This document shows, one piece after another, positions 19,471 through 20,000 of a DNA stretch of 20,000 bases; position 1 is the stretch's first letter; every line of letters begins with the position of its first letter. The stretch comes from Asterionella formosa (lineage: Eukaryota): positions 112,824-132,823 of the forward strand of contig NKIB01005371.1 of NCBI GenBank assembly GCA_002256025.1. The letters are read 5' to 3'. Position numbers and translations under genes: made by a program. The notes below the pieces were generated by a model. It made no database searches, was not told the origin of the DNA, and worked only from the letters and a program-made list of their open reading frames with translations.

Positions 19471-19774
19471 GACTCACCATCACTTCATTTCAACCTCCAC
19501 CAAATGATAGAATGTGAATAAAATGATTCATGAATATTTAATAGCTAGCTATAAGTAGTGTCAGTACGACTTGTTCTGTTGAAAATTGTTGACAACATTC
19601 AACAAAGGCTGACATTCTTCGGTTACCTGCTTAAAAAAATTATTTCCCTTGTTCATTTCAATAACTAGTATCGATTTATTAGAATAAAAATTTCAAAATC
19701 AGAACTTCGATGTTGACATTTTTAGTCTTTAGTAGATTCACCCATACTGCTACATCTAAGACGCGAAATACGCC

Positions 19775-20000
19775 ACTTTTCGAAATTTCGTCTACGTATG
19801 AGTGTTAATTATGTGGTACTTCACATGCATTAATGCCACTCTTCACGTAAAAAAGATTACTTTTAACTGTTTTATGTGAAGTTTTAACTGTTTCATGTGA
19901 AGTTTTCACAATGAATTTTGAACGCGAGACTGAATTAGTTGATGTTTCAAATAATTCATTTGACTTTTCGAAATTTCGTTTACGTACGAGTGTTAATTAT
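19775..20000. repeat. Direct repeat (38 bp visible, 188-bp offset) enclosing a 2 x 21-bp tandem
   Basis: ACTTTTCGAAATTTCGTYTACGTAYGAGTGTTAATTAT at 19775-19812 and 19963-20000 (36/38). TTTTAACTGTTTYATGTGAAG at 19861-19881 and 19882-19902. Confidence 0.85.

Overview
Eukaryotic nuclear DNA, most likely from a diatom or related stramenopile. This is inferred from short GT-AG introns of 78-133 nt, compact convergent genes and the style of the TE remnants. Six intact host genes are supported: 3-hydroxyisobutyryl-CoA hydrolase with a C-terminal SKL (+), an FHA/RING-CH protein (+, 2 introns), a DHHC-family palmitoyltransferase with a DHYC variant (-, 1 intron), COP9 signalosome subunit 6 (-, 1 intron), a GT23/FUT8-like fucosyltransferase (+) and RMC1/Mic1 (-, 1 intron). 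A frameshifted Ty3/gypsy integrase with PPT and a short 3' LTR lies at the left edge, and a decayed Ty1/copia RNase H with PPT and LTR lies at about 17.5-18 kb. The most unusual part is the non-coding stretch at about 3.3-5.8 kb. It holds (i) about 11 copies of a CCTTGTATTGG motif arranged as inverted pairs and a 93-bp tandem array, (ii) a tRNA-headed, highly structured ~380-bp element with a candidate target-site duplication (putative SINE or Pol III RNA), and (iii) a ~120-nt rod-like hairpin whose G-U pairs favour the minus strand. All calls come from manual inspection only; no database searches were run.
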